Of a stretch of 64,000 bases of DNA, positions 1 to 9,963 are shown piece after piece (within the stretch, counting starts at the first letter, position 1; the number at the start of each line of letters is the position of its first letter). A program made the position numbers and the translations under genes. The notes under the pieces were generated by a model. That model ran no database searches and was not told where the DNA came from. It saw nothing but the letters and a program-made list of their open reading frames with translations. The stretch lies in IMG/VR virus record IMGVR_UViG_3300010334_000023, positions 124,001 to 188,000 of that record, one strand, 5' to 3'.

Positions 1-732
1 GGCAGCTTCCAGAGTGGCCACTTCTTGCAGATGCTTGTTGTCCCAGTTGTTGATCTTGTTCTGCAGATCTTCGATGGCCTTGGCAATCTTCTCATTAGCA
101 GTCTTCACGGTGCGTATGCGAAACTCTTCCTGATCAATCTCAGTCTTGGTGGCCTTGATCAGTTCCTTGAGATTCTCAGCCTTTTGGCTCAGCAGCGTGA
201 TGCCCAGCAGCTCTTCGATGATCTCGCGCTGTTTGGCAGCACCCATGGCCAAGAATGGCTCTGTGTAGGTGTTTAGTGCCACGATGTGCTTGAACAGCGT
301 GTGGCTCATGCCTATGAGCTTGACGATGTCTTTCTGGCTGTCACGCGCATCGCCCTGTGCTTCATCGGTGGCTTCTTCGCCAACCTTGCTCTCATCATCC
401 ACCATCCAGCGGAAGAACTGCGGCTTGCGACCGCGCTCAATGCGATGCGTGTGACCATTGAGCTCGAATTCGATGCTCACGGCCATGTTCTTGCCGTTGA
501 TCTTGTTGACGAGGTTGTCGCGCTTGATGTTGGTCAGTGCTTCACCGTACAGCCCATAGCTGATGGCTTGGAGTATGGTGCTCTTGCCCACGCCGTTGCG
601 CGAACCATTGCCGCCCAGATCCAGATTGTCACCTAATACCAAGGTCAATCCGTTGCGATCCAAGTCCACTGCTTGCGTTACCGCACCAACAGACAAGAAG
701 TTCTTGAGGCTCACGCTTTTCAGTTTCAACAT
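1..732 (-). CDS. gp46: SbcC/Rad50-like recombination ATPase (T4 gp46-like), N-terminal part; runs off the left edge and is absent from the ORF track
   Basis: Manual translation from ATG at 732: MLKLKSVSLKNFLSVG...NGSRNGVGKSTILQAISYGLYG (Walker A), followed by coiled coil; lies directly downstream of the gp47-like gene. Confidence 0.92.
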   Translation of the reverse strand, partial: MLKLKSVSLKNFLSVGAVTQAVDLDRNGLTLVLGDNLDLGGNGSRNGVGKSTILQAISYGLYGEALTNIKRDNLVNKINGKNMAVSIEFELNGHTHRIERGRKPQFFRWMVDDESKVGEEATDEAQGDARDSQKDIVKLIGMSHTLFKHIVALNTYTEPFLAMGAAKQREIIEELLGITLLSQKAENLKELIKATKTEIDQEEFRIRTVKTANEKIAKAIEDLQNKINNWDNKHLQEVATLEAA

Positions 733-734
733 GC

Positions 735-1754
735 TTATATGCTCTGATAGATCTGGATCAACTGCTGCCGATCTATGGTATTGGATTCTATGCTCTGCAG
801 ATGGCTGATCACGATGGTGTCCACGCTCTCAAAGTTGATGTCACCATCTGGTATGGCACCTTGCGCATCTGCTTTGGCCACCTGTAGGTTCACTTCGCGA
901 GCGTTGAGTTCGCGCTCAAACAGCTCCTTAAGGAAGTTGGCTTCTTCATAGGTGATGTCCAGATCCACTGCGATGCGAGCATAGGTCTTGGCATCAATGA
1001 TAGATTCTGGATCTTCCAGCAGCGTGCTCAGAGGCGTTACGCGATATTTTGGAGCACCAGGCCAAGCACGGAACGTGGGATACTTGCCTGGTTCCCAGAG
1101 CATGATGCCTCGGTTGTCATCCCAGGCATCTGAGTAATCATGTGGGAAGCAGTTGCCAGTATACCAAACCTTGCCGCGGTTCTGTCGCTTGTGGAAATGG
1201 CCAGTGAACACCTGCGTTTGGTTAGCAAAATGCGTCTCGTTGAGCAGCCCGTGATCTGGCATCTCCACCATGGCATTCATCTTGAACTTTGGCAGTTCGA
1301 AATGTCCAAACATGTATGGCGCTTTGATCTTTGGCACAGATTTCCAATCATCGCCTACCAACCATGGTATGAAGCTTACGCCATCAAACACCTGTTGTGT
1401 CTCGATCAAGCGGATGTTCGCAAATTCCTTGATGTAAGGGATGCTGTGGATCTCGTACTTGTCCCTGTAGAACAGATCATGGTTTCCTATGAGGAAGAAC
1501 ACATTATCAAAGTAATCGTTCAGCTTTTTGAGCCCGCTCACTGAGTAGTTGAGCGTGCTTACATTGATAGCACTGCGATTGTGATGCCAATCGCCGCCGA
1601 AGATGCAGTTCTTGCTGCCCCATTCTTCGGCCTGCTCGATCATCCATTCTATGAACTGCTCACAGCTGGAGTTGTGCTCGCGGCTGTTGTTTCGCAATCC
1701 ATAGTGGATGTCGGTGAAGTACACTGTCTTTGAGAAGTCTATGTCTTTTGCCAT
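735..1754 (-). CDS. gp47: Mre11/SbcD-like recombination endonuclease (T4 gp47-like)
   Basis: Metallophosphoesterase motifs FTDIHYG, GGDWHH, IGNHD, GHFE, GHFHKR; adjacent to gp46-like gene. Confidence 0.93.
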   Translation of the reverse strand: MAKDIDFSKTVYFTDIHYGLRNNSREHNSSCEQFIEWMIEQAEEWGSKNCIFGGDWHHNRSAINVSTLNYSVSGLKKLNDYFDNVFFLIGNHDLFYRDKYEIHSIPYIKEFANIRLIETQQVFDGVSFIPWLVGDDWKSVPKIKAPYMFGHFELPKFKMNAMVEMPDHGLLNETHFANQTQVFTGHFHKRQNRGKVWYTGNCFPHDYSDAWDDNRGIMLWEPGKYPTFRAWPGAPKYRVTPLSTLLEDPESIIDAKTYARIAVDLDITYEEANFLKELFERELNAREVNLQVAKADAQGAIPDGDINFESVDTIVISHLQSIESNTIDRQQLIQIYQSI

Positions 1755-1787
1755 GCACTTGTATGTTACGGCATCAGCTCATATTGA

Positions 1788-2645
1788 TCAAGTGCTCTCT
1801 TTGGCAGCAGAAGCAGCAGCATCTGCTGCGGCACGAGCCTGTTGGTTCTTCATGTCATGCTCGGTTTGGCGCGTGTAGCTTGGTGTGGCACCATGCATGA
1901 TCAGGATGTCATCTCGGATGTTTTGGTTGCGTTTCTCTATGTTGAGTACGCGAGTGAAGCTGTTGGTGATGGCAGCAGTGTAATAGGCAAATGGATTGGG
2001 AGTCTCGGATCGGCTCTCGTCAAACTGCAGTCCGATCTGGCTGAGCTGTAGCAGAGCTTGGCTCTTCATCTCGTCTATATAAGTGTATCCTCTCCAATTG
2101 CCGCGATGTCCGTAGCGTTCAACCAGCTTCATGAACATCATGGCTAGCTTGTTGGTCATCTTACCATGAGTGATGTTGAAGTGTCCGTTTTCCAATCCAC
2201 CCTGCCAGTGGCTCTTGCCCACGCACATGAATTCACCATCCCTGTATATGAAGTGCTGATATGGTGGAAAGTTGCACTTGATGTGGCGTTCTGCTTCAGT
2301 CTTGGCCTTGTGTAGCTTTTCCTCGTTGATCGGTATGTGATCAAATGTCATCAACCTAACCACGATGTCTTCAACTAACACGCTATTGGGATCCAGTATT
2401 ATCACTGGATTCCTGGTACCGGCTGCTACAGCAGCTTTCTTGGCTACTACAGCCATCTGATCCAGTTTGGTCTTGCGTGCATCTTCCAAGCGTTCTGTGT
2501 TTATTTTAGCAAGGTCGTTGGTGATGATGTCGTAGTTGGCATACTTGGTCTCTATGAATTCGCAATAGCTAGCTTTGCTGCGGTGTATCTCTTCCAACAG
2601 GTCCTTGTTAGTTAGATACTTGATCTTGGTCACTGCTATCGCCAT
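1788..2645 (-). CDS. gp55: T4 gp55-like late-transcription sigma factor
   Basis: N-terminal YLTNKDLLEEI and C-terminal NWRGYTYIDEM...FDESRS..NPFAYYT...NSF.RVLNIEKR match gp55 motifs; gp55-47-46 gene order as in T4. Confidence 0.85.
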   Translation of the reverse strand: MAIAVTKIKYLTNKDLLEEIHRSKASYCEFIETKYANYDIITNDLAKINTERLEDARKTKLDQMAVVAKKAAVAAGTRNPVIILDPNSVLVEDIVVRLMTFDHIPINEEKLHKAKTEAERHIKCNFPPYQHFIYRDGEFMCVGKSHWQGGLENGHFNITHGKMTNKLAMMFMKLVERYGHRGNWRGYTYIDEMKSQALLQLSQIGLQFDESRSETPNPFAYYTAAITNSFTRVLNIEKRNQNIRDDILIMHGATPSYTRQTEHDMKNQQARAAADAAASAAKEST

Positions 2646-2756
2646 CTGCGGCTCACCTCGCTGTATTCTGCGTGACCGTCACGCATAGCTGTAAAGTTGT
2701 CCAAAATCTACCAGTTAAGTCAATTTTGTCCATGAGATATTTGGTGGTTTTATCAC

Positions 2757-2764
2757 CATAAATA
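2757..2764 (+). promoter_or_regulatory. Late promoter (CATAAATA, T4 TATAAATA-like) for the baseplate operon
   Basis: Intergenic, 25 nt upstream of ATG 2790; the same TAAATA core precedes several other genes; gp55-like sigma is encoded next door. Confidence 0.7.
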
Positions 2765-2789
2765 CTAAGCCGGGAAACGTGAGGTATTT

Positions 2790-3599
2790 ATGGCCGAAAA
2801 TGGAAATCCAACAAATGCCACTGCAGCCAGCGCCACTCCTGATTCGGATGCGCAAGGTCGCAGGGTGCGCTTGCGCCCCAAGCCGGCAGCTGTGGATCTG
2901 ATCTATGGTACCTCTGGACTGCTACAGCCCCTGAGGACTACCAACGGTCTCACTTGGCCATATCAACCCACCATCACCTATGACAGCACAGTTGAGTACA
3001 GTTCTATAGACATGGTGCATGTGAACCAAGAAATCCTGGGTTACACCAAGACTCCTGCGATAAAAATGACCGTAGCTGGCGCTTTTAGCGTGCAGAACCA
3101 ACAGGAAGGCATCTATGCTTTGGCTAGCATACACTTCCTTCAGACTGTGACCAAGATGTACTTTGGTACTGGTAGCAATCTAGGCATACCCCCACCTGTG
3201 CTGCTGTTTGACGCATACGGGCAGTACATGTTCAATGCTCTGCCAGTGTTAGTCACCAATTTCACAGTTGAACTGCCTAACGACGTGGATTATGTTCCGG
3301 TCAACCTAGCTAACATACAAACCTATACCCAGCTACAGACACAGACAAACACAGTAGGCTACAGTCAGACGCAGACAACCACCCAGCTGAGTTCATACCA
3401 GAATGCTGCTAGTGCTGCTTATGTGGCCAGCAACATGTTCACAAGCAGCCTACAGAGTCCTGCTGGTTATATATGGTTACCAAGCGTGTTCACGCTCACG
3501 GTAGGTATCACTGTTCAGAACACTGCCAAGCGTTTGCGTGCGTTTAATCTTGAAGACTTCCGCACCGGAGCGCTGATGAAGACAGGTGGTTGGATATGA
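2790..3599 (+). CDS. Putative baseplate / tail-tube initiator-like structural protein
   Basis: First gene of the baseplate cluster; WPYQPTI, PPPVLLFDAYG and LPNDVDYV segments typical of tube-fold baseplate proteins of large phages. Confidence 0.55.
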   Translation: MAENGNPTNATAASATPDSDAQGRRVRLRPKPAAVDLIYGTSGLLQPLRTTNGLTWPYQPTITYDSTVEYSSIDMVHVNQEILGYTKTPAIKMTVAGAFSVQNQQEGIYALASIHFLQTVTKMYFGTGSNLGIPPPVLLFDAYGQYMFNALPVLVTNFTVELPNDVDYVPVNLANIQTYTQLQTQTNTVGYSQTQTTTQLSSYQNAASAAYVASNMFTSSLQSPAGYIWLPSVFTLTVGITVQNTAKRLRAFNLEDFRTGALMKTGGWI

Positions 3600-3904
3600 C
3601 CAAGGTTACCTATGACAAGAATAGCCCTTACTATCAGACTCAACAGATCACCAACTATGTGGGTTATCTTGACTATTGGAACGGACAATACATACTACCT
3701 CAGCCCACAGACAGCATCTACAAGATACCCTTCATCTACAATCACCGTCCTGATCTGCTGAGCTATGAGCTATACGGAACTAGCCAGCTATGGTGGGTGT
3801 TTGCGCTGAGGAATCCAAACCAGTTGATCGATCCAGTTTGGGATTTCGCGAGCGGTCTCACCATATACATACCGGCTCAACAGACACTGCTTAAGGTTAG
3901 CTAA
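3596..3904 (+). CDS. Baseplate wedge subunit, gp53/LysM-like
   Basis: YNHRPDLLSYELYGTSQLWWVFALRN motif; ATGA overlap with the upstream stop places the start at 3596. Confidence 0.8.
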   Translation: MTKVTYDKNSPYYQTQQITNYVGYLDYWNGQYILPQPTDSIYKIPFIYNHRPDLLSYELYGTSQLWWVFALRNPNQLIDPVWDFASGLTIYIPAQQTLLKVS

Positions 3905-6516
3905 TGGCTTCTACATATTTCATAAATGGTCGCGAAGTATCTGCGGAAGAATATCAAGCTTACAAGAAGCAACAGGCAGCTGAAGAGGCTGCGACAAAAA
4001 CAAGATCTGACAGCGTATTCACTATTGGTAGGGCAGCAGACGCACCAGCTGCTAGCAATCCCACTCCCTTGGATCAGAACGCACAAGTTAACAGGCAAGC
4101 TGCAGCTCCGTTGGATACAAAGTTCAATGATCCAAACAAGACCAACAGCAATAGCGTCAATCAGCTGGGACAAAGCCCCAATGCTGCACAGATCACGCCA
4201 GCTAACGGCAGCTTTGAATCAAGGATCGCTACATATGGCCTAACCTTTAATCCCTACCCAAACGCTCTCAATGAGTATGCCAATTACACTTATCACATCA
4301 GATGGTTCATGACTACCGAAGCTGAAGCCTACAACAATGTTGATGGACAGAATCCCAACAGCAGCAGGCTGACCAAGACGGTGATAGCCGAGAGTGGGGT
4401 CACAGCTGGTCTAAACATAGTTGAACTGAGGATCAAGGCCAGTTCTGGTGGCAACAAAGAAAAGCGCAACATGTGGTGCCTGCAGGAGCTGGACATGGTG
4501 CTCAGCGAACCTCTGAATCTCAGCCTCTTTGACAAGATCTACTATTCTGCGCAGGAGATAGGCGTGGTCAATCACGCTAGATGCCCTTATTTCATCGAGA
4601 TCTGGTTCAACGGATACAACGAGGATGGCACTATAGCAGCTCCAAACCTCTTCTATACCTTGTATAGAGTGGGATTCATAGATGTTGAAGCATCTACTAA
4701 CACAGCTGGTACCACCTGGAACATCAAGTTCTATGGTGACAACAGCACAGGTGAGATGAATCAGCTGGCTATACCGCAGGCTGGCCTCAACATACCAGCT
4801 ACCAATCTGGGAGAATTTTTTGATAATCTTACCAGTAAGTTGAACACCCAGGTACCAGAGGTAAACAACGATGGCATCCGACGGGTGATCTACAAGATTG
4901 AATATCCCAACATCTGGAAGACATGGAACATGCGACCTGCCGACACTGACAAGCATGTCAATCGCGCAGGCAGCATGAACAAGGAGGATGGCGCACCCGG
5001 AACTGGTACTGTAGTCAAGATAACCAAGGGTCAAGCTATAGAAAGCATAGTGAACTATGCTGTGTACAGCTGCAAGGAAGCGCAGGATTGGATCACCGGT
5101 AATTCTGGAGCAGCTCAAGGCGGTGCCACCTTCAATGACCACGGTCTCATAGGCTATGTCAGCGTTTATGCCAAGACCAAGATCGTAGGCTTTGATCCTG
5201 TCACACGAGATTACATACGCGAGATTACCTACACTCTGTGGCGCACAGAAAGCACCAAATCTTATACTGACATTCAAGCTGTGAACCAAGCCATGCAGCC
5301 CAGCACACAGCAGGCTAAGCTAGCCTATCTGGTGCAGAACCAGCGATTAGTCAAGAAATATGACTATATCTACACTGGATTGAACACAGAAGTGATCAAC
5401 TTTGACATAAAGATGAACCTAACCTGGATGTTCGTGCAGCCAAGCTGGAGCCAAGGCAACAGCTATGGCCAATACGCTCAACCAGCGTTGGTGAACCAAG
5501 ACAGCCAAGACTTTCGCAAGCAGAAAGGAACCCTGCCGCAGGACAAGACACCTGGTAATGCTCAGCAGCTTAACCAAATCGACAGAGCGCTGGGTGGAGC
5601 TGGCACTCCGCAGGACATTGGCCAGCAATTGATCAATGCTCTACCTCCCGGAGCGCAGGCAGCCAAGGATTATGTAGCCAAGAACCTCGCTGATCCCAAT
5701 ACCAGAGTGATAAAGTTTGATGCCAGCAATGGACAGCTGGCAGTGACGGCTGCTCAAGAGAATGATCCGTTCCTACAGAAATATCTGGCTACGGTGAAGA
5801 ATTATCAAACTCAGCGCCAGTCTCAGCTAGCCACGGCGTTTGTTGAAGATACCAAGCTTGACATAAACTCGGTGGTGTTCCCACCTCTGCCAATGGTAGC
5901 AGTGTTTGACAGCAAGCCAACCACGCAGAACGCACAGCAGAACACGGACCAACGCAAGACCCCTGCTAACACGGACAGCCAGAACTTTCCAAGTGGCACT
6001 GGATTCGTGGGAGCCGTGATGGGCAACATATTCGACGTGCGCACAGAAGCTTTCAACTCCATAGAGATCACCATACGCGGTGATCCTTGGTGGTTGCCTG
6101 GCAGCAACATTGCGCTGAACAACATCGTAACAGGCCTGACCAACAACAACAGTGCGCAGGCATCTCAGCAGAACCAAAACAAGGCCAATTTCCTCGGTGG
6201 AGATAACTGCTTCCTGTTGGAGTTCAGGGTTGGCATGGTACTGGACGAAGCTACTGGTCTGGCAATAAGCACTGCTCAGGGTGGTGCAGATTTCTTCAAC
6301 GGAATATATGTAGTTGATGAAGTTGAAAACATCCTTAGCCATGGCAAGTTCACTCAGATACTCAAGGCACACAAGGATGTGTTGGCACAGAATCCAATCA
6401 GCACACAGAATCTACAGAGCAATAATGGTCCGGGAGGCAGCCAAACCAGCGTTGGGGCTGCAGCCCCTAGCGCTCCTCCCAGTAGCAGCGCTGGAAATCC
6501 CATGGGTCCTAGATAG
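3904..6516 (+). CDS. Baseplate hub protein (gp27/gpD-like), enlarged
   Basis: C-terminal ITIRGDPWW...FNGIYVVDEVENILSHGKFTQIL hub-type motif; sits between gp53-like and gp5-like genes. Confidence 0.65.
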   Translation: MASTYFINGREVSAEEYQAYKKQQAAEEAATKTRSDSVFTIGRAADAPAASNPTPLDQNAQVNRQAAAPLDTKFNDPNKTNSNSVNQLGQSPNAAQITPANGSFESRIATYGLTFNPYPNALNEYANYTYHIRWFMTTEAEAYNNVDGQNPNSSRLTKTVIAESGVTAGLNIVELRIKASSGGNKEKRNMWCLQELDMVLSEPLNLSLFDKIYYSAQEIGVVNHARCPYFIEIWFNGYNEDGTIAAPNLFYTLYRVGFIDVEASTNTAGTTWNIKFYGDNSTGEMNQLAIPQAGLNIPATNLGEFFDNLTSKLNTQVPEVNNDGIRRVIYKIEYPNIWKTWNMRPADTDKHVNRAGSMNKEDGAPGTGTVVKITKGQAIESIVNYAVYSCKEAQDWITGNSGAAQGGATFNDHGLIGYVSVYAKTKIVGFDPVTRDYIREITYTLWRTESTKSYTDIQAVNQAMQPSTQQAKLAYLVQNQRLVKKYDYIYTGLNTEVINFDIKMNLTWMFVQPSWSQGNSYGQYAQPALVNQDSQDFRKQKGTLPQDKTPGNAQQLNQIDRALGGAGTPQDIGQQLINALPPGAQAAKDYVAKNLADPNTRVIKFDASNGQLAVTAAQENDPFLQKYLATVKNYQTQRQSQLATAFVEDTKLDINSVVFPPLPMVAVFDSKPTTQNAQQNTDQRKTPANTDSQNFPSGTGFVGAVMGNIFDVRTEAFNSIEITIRGDPWWLPGSNIALNNIVTGLTNNNSAQASQQNQNKANFLGGDNCFLLEFRVGMVLDEATGLAISTAQGGADFFNGIYVVDEVENILSHGKFTQILKAHKDVLAQNPISTQNLQSNNGPGGSQTSVGAAAPSAPPSSSAGNPMGPR

Positions 6517-6546
6517 ACCATAAATTACTGAGCAGGGGATCAAACC

Positions 6547-9480
6547 ATGGTATTATATCAGAGGACAACAGTAAGCCCAGATGCATATGATCTACAGGCT
6601 GACGGTCGCAGCATTCAGCTAGATGGTATCTATGTTGGATTTGTCAAAGCCGTAGACGACCAGCAGCGCATGGGTCGAGTGCAGGTATGGATCCCTGAGA
6701 TCAGCGGCGATCCTTTGGATACCAGCCAATGGTTTACCTGCAGCTATGCTAGTCCATTTGCTGGCGCTACTAATATCGTCAATGTAACTCCTGGTCCTAG
6801 CTGGCGCAATACCCAGCGTAGCTATGGTTTCTGGTTCGTGCCGCCAGACCTAGAGAACGAAGTGCTGTGCTGCTTTATCAACGGTGACCCTGGACGAGGC
6901 ATTTGGTTTGCCTGCCTCTATCAGCAGAACATGAACCACATGGTACCAGGTATACCTGGTGACAGCGCCAGTGACGGTTTACCTGTGGCTGAATACAACA
7001 AGCTCAAAGCCAACGTGGCAGTCAACACTGCTACTGCGCCTATCTATGCACCATTGGCTGACCAGCTCAAAGTACAGGGTCTTGACAGAGATGCTGCTCG
7101 TGGAGTTAGTGGTAGTGGCGCTAGGCGTGACGAACCAATCAACAGCGTGTTTGGCATACTGACTCCGGGTGGCAGCCAGTTCGTGATGGATGATAATCTC
7201 GATCAGCGCTTCATTAGGCTGCGAACTCAGCAGGGTGCTCAGATACTGATCAATGATACCGAAGGCTTCATCTACATGATCAGCCGCGATGGCAACAGCT
7301 GGATGGAGCTAGGTGTCAACGGAGCCATCAACATCTATGGTCAGCAGGACATCAGCATTCGTTCTCAGGGTACGCTCAATCTGCGAGCCGATCTGGACGT
7401 TAACATAGAAGCAGGGCGCAGCATATTCGTCAAAGCCAGGGGCGAAGTCAGCAGTGTGGTCATCAACGGCGTAGGCCCTGTGAATCCAGACAGCGGCAAG
7501 GTAATCACAGCTACCACTAGTTCAAATGCTCAGGTACCTGCCATACGAGTCCAGGACACACAGGCACAGATAGTTGCCCCTACCAGTGGCATCACAGGCG
7601 AATTCGTGCCAGGCATGGACATCACTGGCATTCCGTGGGCCAACCCAACCACTGATGCGGCACCGCCCATACCAACTCCCACAGGCAACGTGGCAGGCAG
7701 TGGCGCTCCTGTTGTCATAGTAGGTGATCTAGTAGCTGGTGCGATTGGACCAGGAATCGCTTCCAACTATCCTGGTGCTTTAACCAACAGCAGCAACACA
7801 GCTACCACCGGAAACGTGTTAAACACAGTGGTCAGCACATCGTCGGTGCAGAATCCAAACTACGCAGTGGTTAGCGTGGGAGGTTATGACTACAACGACG
7901 GACAGAACAATCCTGGTCAGACCACCGAGAACCTACGTGCCATACGCGAGAATATCAATGCTCTTCACTACATCTGGGTGCTGCCTGATGATCCAAATGC
8001 ACATGCTACAGTATATGGTTTCGCGGTAGGTGCCGGAGATCAGACCCAGGTGATACCCCATGACAGCAGTGGTGCGATAGATACCAATGCGTTGGTCACC
8101 AATATTCTCAACAACATAGGACAGATAGTCACACCAACTCCGCCACCAAACCAAACCAGCACTCAGACCACGCAGCCTCCAAAACAACCAAAGGTCACGC
8201 TGGGCGATGTCAGCAAGAACGAGGATGGTAGCTTGACCTACCTCAACGTGACGTTCTCTCCTGGCAATCAAAGCACGCTGAGCAACGCGGCCGTGATAAC
8301 AGGCACGCTGCAGAACGAAACGACCAACGAGAGCGTGCAGACCACCAACAACAACAGCACGCAAGCTGGCATGATAATGATCAATGCTCACCGTGACATG
8401 CATCTCACTAGCGACAATGACATGTATCTGCAGAGCGCAGGACAGTTTGCTCGCACCAGCCAGAAGAACATGTTTGACTATGCTTATGGCAGCTATGATC
8501 TAGCAGTTGGTGGCTATCTCACCATGCAGAGCAACGGTTTGCTGAGCATAGGCTCCACGAACAACATGGTCCTTGGTGCCAACCGCATAGATCTCAATGG
8601 GCCCGCTCCAGCAGCAGCCAAGACAGCCCCAGCTGCGCTGCAGCCCATAGACACTCAGATCAGGGATGCGTTTACCTTAGCGCCTGCTGATATAACCAAC
8701 AAGCTGATCAATACCATAGTAAGCCAGCTGCCAACGCACGAACCATTCCAGGGCCACGCAGCTACTGCCCAGGGTTACAATGGACATGTGGAGACTGGCA
8801 GCAGCACAGATCCGTTCACTGGTGATCCGTTAGCACCTGGTCAAGTTCTCAGCACCCAGTCTAAACCATTGGATCTCAAGGGTCAGCCCAATCCAACCAG
8901 CCCACCCGGCAACTACCAAGGCAAGGGTTACAGCAGCAACGGCGAACCTCAGTACAGCTTCAACGGTCCGGCCACAGACCAATCTGCTCCGGGCAGCCTG
9001 CGCATAAGCCAAGCAGGTGCTGAGTTCATAGCCAAGTTTGAAGGCAAGAGATCACAGGTTTATAAGGACAGCGCAGGCTTGCCTACCATCGGCATAGGGC
9101 ATCTGCTGCTACCAGACGAGAAGGCTGGAAACTACGTGACCATCAACGGCCAGAAGAGGATGCTCAACAGCCCATTGAGCGACGCTGAGATATTCGCTCT
9201 GTTCAAGCAGGATCTTGCGCCAAGAGAGCAGAAAGTGGCCAAGAGCGTGACAGCCAAGCTGAGCCAGACGCAGTTTGACATGTTGGTCAGCTTTACCTAC
9301 AACATCGGCAACTGCAACAGCATTGCTGCTATACTGAACTCTGGCAGCTATGACGTCACTCAGAAATGGATGAGCTATTGCCACGCTGGCGGTAGGGTCA
9401 TAACCGGACTGCAGAACAGGCGCAGGGCTGAAGTTACCAATTTCTGCGGCGGCAACCCTATCAACAGTGGCGGAGCCTAA
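6547..9480 (+). CDS. Baseplate central spike (gp5/VgrG-like) with N-terminal OB-fold, beta-helix and C-terminal T4-type (GH24) lysozyme
   Basis: DDQQRMGRVQVWIP and SYGFWFVPPDLENEVLCCF (gp5 OB-fold); beta-helix repeats; lysozyme triad E-x8-D-x5-T in FEGKRSQVYKDSAGLPTIGIGH, plus GLQNRRRAE. Confidence 0.88.
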   Translation: MVLYQRTTVSPDAYDLQADGRSIQLDGIYVGFVKAVDDQQRMGRVQVWIPEISGDPLDTSQWFTCSYASPFAGATNIVNVTPGPSWRNTQRSYGFWFVPPDLENEVLCCFINGDPGRGIWFACLYQQNMNHMVPGIPGDSASDGLPVAEYNKLKANVAVNTATAPIYAPLADQLKVQGLDRDAARGVSGSGARRDEPINSVFGILTPGGSQFVMDDNLDQRFIRLRTQQGAQILINDTEGFIYMISRDGNSWMELGVNGAINIYGQQDISIRSQGTLNLRADLDVNIEAGRSIFVKARGEVSSVVINGVGPVNPDSGKVITATTSSNAQVPAIRVQDTQAQIVAPTSGITGEFVPGMDITGIPWANPTTDAAPPIPTPTGNVAGSGAPVVIVGDLVAGAIGPGIASNYPGALTNSSNTATTGNVLNTVVSTSSVQNPNYAVVSVGGYDYNDGQNNPGQTTENLRAIRENINALHYIWVLPDDPNAHATVYGFAVGAGDQTQVIPHDSSGAIDTNALVTNILNNIGQIVTPTPPPNQTSTQTTQPPKQPKVTLGDVSKNEDGSLTYLNVTFSPGNQSTLSNAAVITGTLQNETTNESVQTTNNNSTQAGMIMINAHRDMHLTSDNDMYLQSAGQFARTSQKNMFDYAYGSYDLAVGGYLTMQSNGLLSIGSTNNMVLGANRIDLNGPAPAAAKTAPAALQPIDTQIRDAFTLAPADITNKLINTIVSQLPTHEPFQGHAATAQGYNGHVETGSSTDPFTGDPLAPGQVLSTQSKPLDLKGQPNPTSPPGNYQGKGYSSNGEPQYSFNGPATDQSAPGSLRISQAGAEFIAKFEGKRSQVYKDSAGLPTIGIGHLLLPDEKAGNYVTINGQKRMLNSPLSDAEIFALFKQDLAPREQKVAKSVTAKLSQTQFDMLVSFTYNIGNCNSIAAILNSGSYDVTQKWMSYCHAGGRVITGLQNRRRAEVTNFCGGNPINSGGA

Positions 9481-9552
9481 CAGCTCACACCTCAGATCTT
9501 GGTGGTAAAAAGCTGGCTAAATATCCACATAGACAGAGGTAAAGCTGCCATC

Positions 9553-9951
9553 ATGGCCATAATCGCGCCCAACAGATTGTTCTACGGATTCAGCACGCTG
9601 GATACCACAGCCAAGAACCAAAACTTCGCCGATGTTCCTCTGATCAAGAGAGATCTCTACAACCATTTTAACACCTTGGTTGGTGAGCGCGTGATGATGC
9701 CCAAGTATGGCTGCAGCATCTGGAACCTTTTATTCGAACCATTTGAGGAATCAGTGGTACAACGTATAGTGGCCGAAGCCACGAGGATCGTGGAGACTGA
9801 CAGCAGAGTGCAGCTGCAGAGCATCATAGTCAAACCGTTTAACAACGGAGTGATCGTGCAGATGCAGCTATTCTATCTTCCCTATGGCGTCTCGGACTAT
9901 TTCAACGTGACGTTTGACCAGAATGCAGTAAACCTGGATACAGTGAAATGA
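9553..9951 (+). CDS. Baseplate wedge subunit, gp25-like
   Basis: DLYNHFNTLVGERVMMPKYGCSIWNLLFEP motif; CTAAATA upstream at 9517-9523. Confidence 0.88.
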   Translation: MAIIAPNRLFYGFSTLDTTAKNQNFADVPLIKRDLYNHFNTLVGERVMMPKYGCSIWNLLFEPFEESVVQRIVAEATRIVETDSRVQLQSIIVKPFNNGVIVQMQLFYLPYGVSDYFNVTFDQNAVNLDTVK

Positions 9952-9963
9952 TGAGAGGACCAT

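Noticed and set aside
25-808. Plus-strand ORFs 25..276, 269..454, 286..636 and 563..808
   Set aside because: They are antisense shadows of the gp46-like gene, which the track missed because it runs off the window edge
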